64,000 nucleotides of DNA. Source: Marsupella aquatica. Lineage: Eukaryota; Plantae; Marchantiophyta. Below are positions 11,168 through 22,249 of the stretch, piece by piece (the stretch's first letter is position 1; the number at the start of each line of letters is the position of its first letter). A program made the translations under genes and the position numbers. The notes beneath the pieces are model-generated. The model did not search any database. It saw nothing but the letters and a program-made list of their open reading frames with translations, and was not told where the DNA came from. The stretch lies in assembly GCA_973895155.1 (NCBI GenBank), contig OZ316894.1, forward strand, positions 4,922,944-4,986,943, in the 5' to 3' direction.

Positions 11168-13010
11168 GAGCCGCCAGTTCTTTTTTCGATCACACGAGTT
11201 GGATGGCAAAGTAGAAGGGTCTGAGAACTGCAGCAGTGTAAATCAGTGACAGCAAGAGTCGGTGATGGAAATGCTGCAGACAACAACGAGAGATCGATGG
11301 ATTTTTCGTGACGAAACACTGCTCATTTCTATTCCGACGGGAGGAAAAACAGGGAGTGGCAGGGCATTCTGGTTGGGTGCCAAAACCTTGCTGGGCTTCT
11401 TCGAGTACTCCTGCTGCCGTCTTCTTCCCACGCATCCAGGACGGTGCAAATTGGCTGAATTGAGTTACAGAAATTGGGCGATGGAAGGAATGGCACGATG
11501 TTACAGTCTTCTTGGATCGGGGCTGTGAATCTGATACCTCAATCCCAAGCCTTCTTGTCATGGAGACTAAACCTTGTGAATACAATCTCTCCGTTGATGA
11601 TCCTACTATTCTCCTTCCGTCCAATGAGCTGTGAATTCAACACTTACGTTCCTTTATTCAGCAACACATGTTCGTGTCGTTCGTAGTACATGCATTCCTT
11701 GAATCTCCCTTCCTTTCCGTAATCTGTTGATTCGATCGTCCTCTTTCCGATTGATTCATAAACGTTTGGCTTGCGATAGATGCGTGCTGCATGTCCACTA
11801 TTTTCAGAAATTGGGAGCATAAAATTGAGCTTCACCTGATTTTGTCACTTGAAGCACCCACCAAAAAGCAGGCAGACAAGGGTGCTTCCCAGTAGCGCTT
11901 GTTGGGATGGAAGCTCTTCAGAGTCGGAGGCGAGTATCGTTATTGCGATGACATTGGTAGTGGGAAGAGCTTTGGTAACTTTAAGTCTCCTAGTTTTCTT
12001 AAGCTGGCTATGGAAGTGGCAACTGTGCCACTAATTACCAAGCTGTCGCAGTAACAGCTGGAGCACACATGATTTCAGAGAACTGCTGCTGGGCTCTGGA
12101 CATCACGGCCTTTTCAGATAAGAACATTGTGTGCCACCTTCCAGGGGCAGAGGAGTATCTCTATGTGAGCGGAATGGCTGTGGATACAAATAATAGGAGG
12201 CAGGGTGTGGCTACGTTGCTACTCGAAGCTTGTCTTACTCGAGCTTTACAGTGGGGCTTTGATTACTTGGTCCTTCACGCACATGAGGACGATTTAAGAG
12301 CTAGAGATCTCTATTCAAAGGCCGGCTACAACACCGTAGCTGAGGATCCTGCCTGGATGACTACATTTTTTGTTGGAGGCGACGAGTTGTCATGGCAAGG
12401 AGAGCACATGAAATACTCCACTCGACGTGAGAAGTGGTAGTCAGTCTTCTTACAAATGATTCTTTGTCATAGCAGAACAAGCCCCAGAGTAGCGTTGCGG
12501 TAACTGCAGAATTTCAAACAGAACATCCCTCAAACCTTCGAATAGAGAAGCACTTGTATACTACTCAAATTCGGAAGTCACGACCACAAATTATAATTAT
12601 CTGTGTAGCAGTTCGGGATATGTAGAGAGTGCTCTCTCAAATGGAAGTGGAAGGTGAGTATGCCGAATCAAACCCAGTGCTATTGGTCCACTCGTATGAA
12701 GGTAGTTTGTCTACAGTAGTGGTAACACGAACAGTGCAGAAACGCCCAGTGTACGATCTGAAGAATTAAGACGTTCCAAAAAGCACATTAGAAATTCTTA
12801 TATTTGATATTCACTCGTTTCCAAATCTTGGGGGAGAGGATTCATGCAATGTTCTATACTTGTCAAGAATAGAGAGGATTTACGACAAGACAAATGCGTA
12901 TTCAAATACTTTTGTAAGGATTTTATCCTTACAGGGACTAATACAGACAGATCAAGCAATAGAATTGCAATTTTTAGAAAACATAAATTTTTAAATTTTT
13001 AAAATAAAAA
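11168..13010 (+). pseudogene. Inserted GNAT N-acetyltransferase pseudogene (resembles the plant plastid GNAT10 type); recognisable coding part 12069-12440; probable retrocopy
   Basis: HLPGAEEYLYVSGMAV...RRQGVATLLL...LVLHAHEDD..AR.LY.KAGY...EDP.W contains the acetyl-CoA-binding motif A. The expected RRRVVMAR tail is in another frame (~12376). The insert splits gttcagttcag|tgtggctcc, which is intact at ~22277 and ~27261, and ends in aaaataaaaaa. Confidence 0.72.
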
Positions 13011-13707
13011 AGTGTGGCTCCAAGAGGCCCTGTTCATTTGTTGCTTCCGTTTCAGTAACAAACTCTTTTGCTGGGAGCCATTTAAACGCAAGATAGATGC
13101 TTGTCAACCATTCAACTACTACTTTAGGAATGGGTCCCTCAAGAAAATAAGGACAGAAAATGCAAACAGCCACGTTTTGAGTTCCTCTATTAGGTCCATA
13201 GATACAACAATGCTCAAATTCAACCATACGATAAAATCCGCAAATTTACCGGGAGTATTCATCAAGAAAATCTAGTACAGAGGACGCTTTATCGTCGTTC
13301 CGTGGTACATAGTAATTCAGTGCATTACTTGCTACAATCCGAGCAGCAAAATCTCCAATGCAGACGGTACCTACTCCAATCAATTGTTCGATCAAAAGTT
13401 GGAACGACCGACTGGGTCCCTGCAGAATTCCAGCTCACCAGTTCTCTCTGCGACTGAGAGAGGCGCTGCTTGAGAATGAACCTGAAAATTAAGGTGTGGG
13501 CTGCATCCTCAATTGAGACCCCCGTCCATCTACGTTGCAAAGTCGTTGTCTGAAAGCGAATGACATGCTCTAATGAGTTCTCTATACAGCTTTAGAGTCT
13601 CGAAATGATACTAGAAGGCTAGAAGCCAGGCTCTGCAAAAATCCCAACTGAAGAAAATTGTCCTAAGGTACCATAAACGTACCTTGGATCTCAGCACAAG
13701 TGCCTAG

Positions 13708-14868
13708 TCAAAGCTGGATAAGATAGATACCAGAGCTTGTGACAGCAAGAGGCCAATCTGGGAAAGGAGGAGAGCATTGTGGTTCCTGCCAGGAAATTTC
13801 TTCGTTCCCACCACCGAAGCCGTTGCTCAGAATAACATAAGTACGTCTAGTTTCCCAGTTCCAGAGTCCCGTGTTAATCGAGTTCCTCTCCACCCAAATC
13901 ACTGTTGCCAAAACCTCATCGTCCACAGCTTGAGCAGCATCCCATGCCAGCCAACCGTCGCGGAACTTTGGAATCGCAGAAAACGTATGTGAATGTACGT
14001 GGGTCCATGAATTTTTACCAATGTCATAGACACAAATACCATGTCTGTTAATTGAATACAACTTTCCTTTTGTCGAAAACAATTGCACCACCTCTCGACA
14101 ATCCCTCTCAGAATATTCCACCACTCTCCACTCATTTTTGATTGGGTGATAAAATTCCAAGCATGCAACAAGGTGTCTGTCATAATCTCTAGAGTACTCA
14201 AACCCGTGAACGAGTAGCTCCTCTCCTACTTTTGTAACTTTACGATGATGACCAATACGACGATAAGGCGTGCACTTGATTGGAGACCAAATATTCTTCT
14301 CGGGGTCATACAATTGACAAAAATGTTCGTCCCTGCACCTGACTCCAAATGCATAAATCTTCCCATGGAGGACACCACATGCAGACGGCCACAGGAATGT
14401 TGTTGGAGGCGTTGCACACGGTTTCCATCCATCTTGGCTAGCCAAATCCATGACATGTAAGAAGCGGTCCTCCAGAAAATATACTTTTGCATCAATTGTT
14501 ACAAAGTGACAGTGTAAACCACCTCCGGGACCATAACGTTTCCTCAGAGGAAGCTCGTAACGAGAATTGTCTCCCATGGGATAGAGAGCAAGCACGGGAA
14601 AAGCGTCTATAAGATTATACTTGACGAGGGCAAGCGTCTCTGTTGAGTTCGCGCAAACTCTGGCATTGTAGACCTGGTGACTCCGAATGGCATGAAGCCA
14701 GACAGGACTCACTCTCGATAAGATATAGAAAGTTCTCCAGGGCAACTTTGGAATTATCTGGTCCAAGGTGATATCATTGGGAATCCCAGGCAAAAGTGGC
14801 TCACGAGGTGCATCTAACCTCATACGTGTGCTAGAACCTGCGCCTCCTGCCAGAATCACGGATTTCAT
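13708..14868 (-). CDS. F-box/Kelch-repeat protein, copy C (386 aa)
   Basis: Open ORF. F-box LLPGIPNDITLDQIIPKLPWRTFYILSRVSPVW. Kelch repeats ACGVLHGKIYAFG...YDPEKNIW. The ancestral upstream ATG has mutated to ATA. Confidence 0.85.
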   Translation of the reverse strand: MKSVILAGGAGSSTRMRLDAPREPLLPGIPNDITLDQIIPKLPWRTFYILSRVSPVWLHAIRSHQVYNARVCANSTETLALVKYNLIDAFPVLALYPMGDNSRYELPLRKRYGPGGGLHCHFVTIDAKVYFLEDRFLHVMDLASQDGWKPCATPPTTFLWPSACGVLHGKIYAFGVRCRDEHFCQLYDPEKNIWSPIKCTPYRRIGHHRKVTKVGEELLVHGFEYSRDYDRHLVACLEFYHPIKNEWRVVEYSERDCREVVQLFSTKGKLYSINRHGICVYDIGKNSWTHVHSHTFSAIPKFRDGWLAWDAAQAVDDEVLATVIWVERNSINTGLWNWETRRTYVILSNGFGGGNEEISWQEPQCSPPFPDWPLAVTSSGIYLIQL

Positions 14869-14953
14869 TTCCTAGGCGTGCATGCCGTCCAAACTAAGTT
14901 CTATCCCACCGAAAGCCTTCATCCTCTCTTAAAATTCCGACTTTGCAATCGCA

Positions 14954-16190
14954 CTGAACCACAGGAGGAACACGCTGGAAAAGCTGCTCGGTTGTTTACG
15001 GTTTAGGGTTCTGTGAGGGATGCAATTACTAGTATGCAAATCCCACGGCAAAGCTACAAACCATATCACCAACCATAACTACATGGCGCTGCTGCAGCTC
15101 CCGCTATTACATGATCACTGACTTCTGCAGCAATCCATGAAGACATCCTATTTTAGTCAATTACCAAGAGATGTAGGAGGACCTCCGAGGGACGGAGCAA
15201 ATTTGAGTGACGAAATGAACACATGAAGCGCAAAGCGGGACAGCTGCAATAACAAAACAGGTTCAGCTTGATACTTCTCAGAGGTAATCTACTCAGGAGA
15301 GACCGATCATTGTCTACAAGAGACAGATAGAGCCATAGCCAGCGTATGTAAAATTTAAACTTTGCCGACACGGTGTAGAATCCTCACCCCTTGCCTCAAA
15401 TCTGGGATACCCCACCCCTTGCCTATTGGGTGCTTTCGCAGTCCATTTGAAGTACGGCTGAGAGCCTAGCCAACTGACCTAAGCCAGTTTGTTGCAAACC
15501 TCTGAGGAAGACATCTCCCTTTGACACCAAAGAAGTTTTCAGGTATGTACAAGGTAACAACGACTAAAGAGGCCCCTTGGTGCTCAAGAATCCTTGAAAA
15601 AGACTGTCTATCTTTGCTGGAATTTCAACTGACTACATATCGACTACATATCTGTAGTTCAACCCTATCCCTCTCCGCAATAGTAGGCAAATTGGAACTT
15701 CCAAATTTGCACCGTCAACAAAATCAATTGAAAAACAGGATGGCGGAGAAACGATTGTAATCCGGGATGTCATTGAGAAGCTAGAGTACACTTCCAGAAA
15801 TTTACGTGTAAGAATTATGAGAAGGAAATGGTATTGCAAGAAGAGGATTCAAGTACAATCCTTAACTGAATACCCTGACATCCTCATCAATTACTAAATG
15901 AAAGAAAAACTCCTTGGACTAGTCGTTGAAGCTACCAACAATTCAAAGTTTGGACACAAACCTTCACTCGACAAGGAATTGGAATTCCGGCAGAGTCGGG
16001 GATTTTTGACCAGACACCGGTACCCCGAATCTTTTAAACAGAGGACGATTATAAGAAATTTCGAGGGCGATACCAACCATACCCGCTGTTGGTAATCACA
16101 TTCGAGGATTGCGGAGCCATCGATGTTGTCTACTTCCTTTTTCTCAATGAAAGCTAACGCTCCCCTAGGAAATAATACTAAAGCTGCTTA
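14954..16190 (-). other. Inferred 5'-UTR introns and exon of copy C (donor ~16190, acceptor ~15244, mini-exon ~15243-15164, donor ~15163, acceptor ~14954); homologous blocks at 22400-23610 and 29195-29897
   Basis: Minus-strand GAG|GTAAGC, pyrimidine-rich ...TTGCAG|, TTG|GTAATT and GTTCAG| motifs sit at equivalent positions in paralogous units (the first donor in C and E, the last acceptor in C, D and F). No conserved open frame. Confidence 0.45.
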
Positions 16191-16619
16191 CCTCAATCTT
16201 GAAACGCAGTTGCAGCTGCGATGTCAACCGCCTGCGCCACCAGATTCTCTCGCGTGGTTACGCTCTGTGCCGCAGCTGATGCCTCACTGAAACACACCAA
16301 TGCGAAATGCTAGTCTCTGAATGGAGGAAAGTGAACAGAGCAGTGAAGATTTCTAAACATCCGAAGAGTGTACATAAGACAATGATCGCAATTAACGGTT
16401 ACTACACAATGTCCTTCGACTTTGCCTGGTCCTTTGACTAAAATCCAAAAGAAGTGACCTCCCATCCCACAGGATAAGCGAGTCGATGAGATACAAAGGG
16501 GGCCAGCTGCAAGCTGCAGAGAACTTGACGCAGCGCAAATATTATCTGAAGTTTCAGCTGTTCACACCAGGAGCAAGGGGCAAACAGAATTGCAGCGGTG
16601 GCACCTTGCTGCGGAAATT

Positions 16620-16965
16620 TGATATGAAATCAGATTACGGGATCGAGAGTGGAGGGCAAGGCTGAATGTTCGGGCATCCGGGGCGTTGTGGGCAGACATG
16701 AGTGGAGAGAGGAGCGTCCTTCGTGCAGAGTTTGGAGCTTAGCAGAGCACGCAGCTATAGAAGGAAGCGTAAATCGAATTTCATATCTGAAATTACGGGA
16801 TCGAGAGTGGAGTGGAGGGCGAGGATGAATGTTTGGGCCTCCTGGGCGTTGTGGGCGGACACGAGTGGAGAGAGGAGCGTCCTTCGTGCAGATTTTGGAG
16901 CTTGGCAGAGCACGGCAGCTAAATAAGGAAGCGTAATCGAATCCAATCTTGAAGCCTCGATTTGC
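16620..16965 (-). promoter_or_regulatory. Tandemly duplicated ~170-bp module, putative core promoter of the F-box/Kelch unit (also at 29897-30165 and 9130-9240)
   Basis: The repeat is directly visible. On the minus strand each unit has a TATA-like CTTAT(A/T)TAG (one variant CTTCTATAG) followed ~45 nt later by a CT-rich patch (ctcctctctccactc). The promoter role is inference. Confidence 0.45.
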
Positions 16966-17334
16966 TAAGAGCGATGTTTACGGTTTCAAACTGGCTCTCA
17001 ACCCCTGTTTTGAATTGAGAGGCACCTCAAGTTTATTTCCATCTGCTCGCAACTTCACAAAATACTTCTTTGTTTGGTTCTTGGAATGAGAACAACACTT
17101 AATTACTAGACTCTCGCCATCCCAATAGTGACATACATTCTGGTTGTGAGTAACCCATTTCAGGGTGAGCCCCCATGAGTCTGACCCGCACCAGAAGGGA
17201 GAGAGTATTAAAGCAGGGCCCCAAAGCAGGCAACAAGGGTCCGAGTAGATAATCCAAACTCTCAATCCACTACCCACAAAACCCATCCCACGCACAGGCA
17301 TATGCCCCCCACAGCCCTGTGTGTCAATGGGCAA

Positions 17335-17358
17335 GGGGGGGGGGGGGGGGGGTGGGAG
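17335..17358. repeat. Poly-G tract (~18 G) next to a B-box-like motif on the minus strand
   Basis: G run visible. Adjacent gttgaacccgagacctt reads AAGGTCTCGGGTTCAAC on the minus strand. Confidence 0.8.
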
Positions 17359-18484
17359 GTGTTGAACCCGAGACCTTCCAGTTCCAGACGGATCACCTAA
17401 CCTGTAATGTGTGGCCTCGTGAGATTTCTTTCCACACACACTAACCTATGGTAGCCACATGACAACTCAACACTCAATTTCAGAGATTGGAGTCTGTTTA
17501 TGTATGTTTGTGTGTTAGTCAAAGTGTGGGACGGTGCAGGTGCATCCATTCCCCAAGCAATGATTTCCCCTTTCTTCTTCCTTTCACCAGATTATATGGC
17601 TAGAAATATTTATGATTTAAATCCACCAGTCATTTTGAGTTTCCTCCTAAAGTGCATTTTGTAGATGGGCGATGAGAGGAAAAATGCAAGATTGGTACTC
17701 AGAGCTACATTTCAGAGGAGCAAATATATGATGTAATTCTTAGTTTTCATTTTGGTAACAAAGGACAAAATCTAAAGTAAAGCTATCTGTAATGCAAAGG
17801 GGCTAAAACCTGGTCAGATTCCCAATATGCTCTTTTTGGTGTGTTCCTTGAACTCTCCCAAAGTTACCCTCCAGTAAGTTAGTTTAGCAAATAAGCATGT
17901 GAGTTCTTGCCAGATTCCAAATATGTATTTTGGTGTGTTCCTTAATCTCTTCCTAAGGTCCCCTCCAGCTGGCTAATCTAGCAAATATAGTTTAGCAGTG
18001 GTTCTACTCATCAACAAAATCTAGTGCAGAGAATGGGTTATTGCCGTTTCGGTATATGGTACAGAGTAATTCAGCCGACTCCTTGCTGACATCCGAGCGG
18101 CAAATCTCCAATGCAGACGGTAGCTAGCCCAATCAATGGTTCCGTCAAAAGGTAGAATAACCCACTGTGTCCCTGCAAAGTCCCTGCAGAGTCCGTGCAC
18201 AATTCCAGCTTATCAGTTCTCTCTGCCACTGAGAGAGGCGCTGCTTCAGAATGAAAGCTGAAAAAGTAAGGTATGAGCTGCATTCTCAATTGAGACCCTC
18301 GTCCATCTAACTTGCAAGGTCGATGGGTGAAAGCGAATGCATGCTCAGAATGAGTTCTCTCGACAGCTTTAGAGTCTCGAAATGATAGTGGAAAGGCTAG
18401 AATCCATGCTCTGCAAGAACCCCAACTGAAGATAATTGTCCTAACGTATCATAGGCGTACCTTGGTTCTCAGCCGGGTGCCTAC

Positions 18485-19633
18485 TTAAAGCTGGATAAGT
18501 TTGAGAACAGATCTTGTGGTATCATGAGGCCAATCTGCGAAAGGAGAAAAACATTGTGCTTCCTTCCAGGAAATTTCTTCGTTCCGACCACCGAAGCCGT
18601 TGCTCTGAATATCACAAATTCGTCGGATTCCCGAGATCCAATCCAGAGTCACTGCTGCCAAAAGCTCATCATCCACACCTTGAGCAGCATGCCATGCGAG
18701 CCAACGGTGGTTAAGCATTGGAATCGCAGAAAACTCATTTGAATGTACGTGGGTCCATGAATTTTTACCAATGTCATATACACAAATACCAAAGTTGCCA
18801 ATTGAATACAACTTTCCTTGGGTGGAAAACAATCGCGCCTCTCGAGCCTCCATCTCAGAACATTCCACCACTCTGCTCTCATCTTTGATTGGATGATAAG
18901 CTTCCAAGGAGTTTGAATAGTTTCTTCCACGAATTGGAACATTGTTAAACCCGTGAATGAAAAATTCTTCTCCTACTTTTGTAACGTTACGATAAGACAC
19001 AGAAGGACGATAAGGCGTGTACCTGACTGGGGACCAAGTATTCTTCGCGGGGTCATACCAGTCACACGTGCTTCCAAAAGCATAAATTTTCCCATGGATG
19101 ACACCACATGCAACCGGGAACATGTTTCTTTCTGGCAGTCTTGCACACGGTTTCCATCCATGTTGTCCAGCCAAATCCATGACATAGAAGAGGTGGTCCT
19201 CCAACACATATACTTTGCCATCAATTGTTACACAATCAGAGTTTTTGCCATGTCCTTTGTCATGAGCTTCCATCGGGGGTAGCTCGTAACAAGATTTCTC
19301 TCTTGTGGAAAAGAGAGCAATCGTACAGTCAGAGTCAGGAGGACCACACTTGACGAGGGCAAGCGTTTCTGTTGAGTTCGCGCGAACTCTGGCATTGTAG
19401 ACCTGGTGACTCCGAACGGCATGAAGCCAAGCAGGACTCACTGTCGCTAAGATATAGAAAGTTCTCCAGGGCAACCTTGCAGTTATATGGTCCAAGGTAA
19501 CATCATCGGGAATCCCAGGCAAAAGTGGCTCACGACGTGCATCTGCCCACATACATGTGCTAGAACTTGCGCCTCCGGCCATAATCACGGATTTCAACTC
19601 CTCGGGCTGCATGCCGTCCGAACTACGTTCCAT
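18485..19633 (-). CDS. F-box/Kelch-repeat protein, copy D (382 aa)
   Basis: Open ORF. F-box LLPGIPDDVTLDHITARLPWRTFYILATVSPAW. Kelch repeats ACGVIHGKIYAFG...YDPAKNTW. Confidence 0.88.
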   Translation of the reverse strand: MERSSDGMQPEELKSVIMAGGASSSTCMWADARREPLLPGIPDDVTLDHITARLPWRTFYILATVSPAWLHAVRSHQVYNARVRANSTETLALVKCGPPDSDCTIALFSTREKSCYELPPMEAHDKGHGKNSDCVTIDGKVYVLEDHLFYVMDLAGQHGWKPCARLPERNMFPVACGVIHGKIYAFGSTCDWYDPAKNTWSPVRYTPYRPSVSYRNVTKVGEEFFIHGFNNVPIRGRNYSNSLEAYHPIKDESRVVECSEMEAREARLFSTQGKLYSIGNFGICVYDIGKNSWTHVHSNEFSAIPMLNHRWLAWHAAQGVDDELLAAVTLDWISGIRRICDIQSNGFGGRNEEISWKEAQCFSPFADWPHDTTRSVLKLIQL

Positions 19634-19798
19634 CCACCGAAAGCCTTCTCCCTCTCCTCGAGTTCCTACTTTGTAATCGCAACTGAACTAGAGGAAGACA
19701 CCGAAAAGCGTTCACCCTCTGCCGACTTTGTAATTGCAACTGGACTAGAGGAAGAACAAACTGGAAGAGCTGGCTTGGTTGTTTACGGTTTAGGGTTA

Positions 19799-20151
19799 CT
19801 AGCGTGATTACCTTTCCTTGAACGTAAATAGAGACGTTTAAGTAAGATAAGACCCAACAAAATATTGCAAAAGAAAGAATTCTATGCTATGTCTGGTTTG
19901 ATAGAGACGTAAGTAAGGTAAGACCCAAAACAATATTGCAAAAGAAAGAATTCTATTCTATCTCCAGTTTATAGGTGCCCTGTCCCCATTTTGTTCACCC
20001 TCACTTTGTCTTTACTTAGAGTCCAACTTTTTCCTTATTTTTTAGTCAAGCTTTGTCTTTATATGGAGTTTAGGTCTAGAGGCTTCACTCCCCGCTTCAC
20101 TCTAGACCCTAGCCCTTGAAAGTAGCTTATGTTTGCAATTTATTAGTAAGA
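19799..20151 (-). mobile_element. Non-autonomous Helitron, 353 bp
   Basis: Minus strand reads A|TCTTACTAATAAA...CACGCTAG|T: 5' TC, 3' CTAG, AT target, no TSD. Paralogous empty sites gggtt(c/t)tgtga at ~15006 and ~29248. Internal ~62-bp duplication. Confidence 0.85.
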
Positions 20152-21109
20152 TGTGAAAGATGCAATTACTAGTATGCAAATCACATGGCAGAACTGTGTG
20201 ATCACTGATATCTGCAGCAATCCATGAAGGCAGCCAATCTCAGGGTTTTTCAACCCAAACCCAAACTTGTGGGTTTGTAGTTTCCGTATATGTGCCTGTT
20301 CGTGTCTGGGGAGATGCCAATAAAAACCATATGCCCGATAACAGAACATTCCACAACAAAAATTTGCAGTACAATAACAAAGGGTGAGAATAAACACATG
20401 TATTTGGACTTCAGGAACATAACTAGTTTGTGCTACTAACACACATTCCACTTTGAATTCCATTCAACATCTGGGTTTTCAACATTGTAATCTACAGTAT
20501 TGTGAACATTTTCAGGCAGGCTGTCAACATTGTAAACTACAGTGGTGTGAAGATTTCAGGCAGGTTGTCAACATTGTAAATGTAGTATTGCCATAAGAAT
20601 AGCACACTTAACATGATCTTATAGTTAAAACAGTTGTGATTGCCTAAAGCACATTAGATAGCTATTTTCAATGACTTTCACCCATTATAGATTCCATTTT
20701 GGAGCATTTGGACCCATTTTATTTTGACTGAAATTTCCAAATAGCACTTCCTCTCACAATTCAAGCAGACTGCCCTTTCGAGCTGTCTTAGGTGTCTAAA
20801 ATGGGAAAAGGACAAAAACCAAATTAGAAACTTCATGGAGTTTAGCATATATTTTGGAAGCTTTTGTCACTTACTAAGGTGCCTGATCAGGTTGCTCCAA
20901 TAGCTGCAAATGCAGTTTCTCCCGGTTGTTTCACATTGTTTTTTAAACAGCAATGAAGTATCTAAATTGAGTAGCACTACCAGACCTGGCTTCACTCCAT
21001 GAATGAGAAGTCTAATTTTAAATTTAGTTGAAAATAAGTCTTGTGGGGATATCTCTTTGCACAAAGAGTAGAATCTTTATTTTACGTGACTGAGTGTAAA
21101 TATATGTTA

Positions 21110-21630
21110 GTCTACCTCTTGGGTCTTTTTTGGACGTTTTCCCCTTTCCCTCTCCCTACCTTTATTGGGTTGATTTGCCCTTGGGATCCTGTCTTCCAGA
21201 TTGGTTTTTTTTGTATTTGGCAGTGTTTTATCATTTTTTGAATGAAACTAAGTTGAGAATAAAATTGAAATTCTTTCATTGTCCTTTTCTCTTTTGTCAT
21301 GTACTTTAGGGTTTCCACAAGTTTGCCCCTATTGTTTATTTACTGTTCACTTTTATGAAAATGGTTTTGGACCCCAATGAAAAGCTCCTTCCAAAATTCT
21401 TGGAAGCATTGCAGTCACATCAACACTATTGGTCACAAACAAGAAAATATAGTTGTGCAAGAAGAACCAAACCTAACAATTGTTGTTTAAAGCAAGGCAA
21501 AAAAAAATACAATGAGACCTATAAGAGTATAAATAGTGAAAATAAAAAAGTAACACTTCAGATAGACAAACATAGGGGCTTTGGCCTCTGGCGGGCTGCT
21601 TTTGTGGGCTGCTTGTATCCCACTCTCCAT
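21110..21630. repeat. Dispersed ~500-bp AT-rich direct repeat, second copy at ~24460-24910 (probably TE-derived)
   Basis: ttttggaccccaatgaaaagctccttccaaaattcttgg...cagtcacatca.cactattggtcacaaacaagaaaa at ~21366 and ~24647. Confidence 0.85.
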
Positions 21631-22249
21631 GATAATAGCCCCTCATAACTAGAGCTAAAACTATCACTTTGGGGGCATTATAGTACACAATGTCCTCTAA
21701 ACACATCATGGGCTGGTAATGCCTTGAAAAATGTGTGCTTCAGCTCAAGTTTTGAGACTCTATTATGATCCATGATGCTATGCTGCACATTAATACTTTT
21801 AAAGCCTAGAAGATTTTCTACTTTATTAGTTTCAATAAAGTAGAGTAAAGGTTTCAAAATCCCACAAATTTAAATCTTGACTGTGTCTCATATATACAAG
21901 AAAATTCATGAAGGGCATTAAACCAAAGATGCACATATAAGAGCTAAAGGTAACCCATAGCTTTCATTTCCTCTAAGTACGGAGGGATGGGCAAGAGTGT
22001 TGGGGGTGAGGTCCACCTTGAAGTTTTAAGGTGAGCTCCACTTTCCTCTTTTCTAGTAGCTGGGCAGGGGCCTTTTATATGGGGTAGGTGTGGTTTAATG
22101 GAAAGGGAAGTATATTGTGAGGCCCATTTACATGTTATTGTGTGCCACTTTCCCTTTTTCTGGTAGCTGGGCAGGGAAGGGGGCCTTTTATAAGGGGCAG
22201 GTGTGGTTTACTCAGTGCAAAGTATATTGTGAAACCCATTAACAGGGCT

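Noticed and set aside
10771-11214. Hydrophobic membrane-protein-like tail of the 290-aa ORF
   Set aside because: Out-of-frame read-through into the T/C-rich 3' region of the retroelement.
15150-16130. Separate protein-coding pseudogene repeated in units C, E and F
   Set aside because: No frame is conserved among the copies. Conserved splice motifs fit a 5'-UTR intron better.
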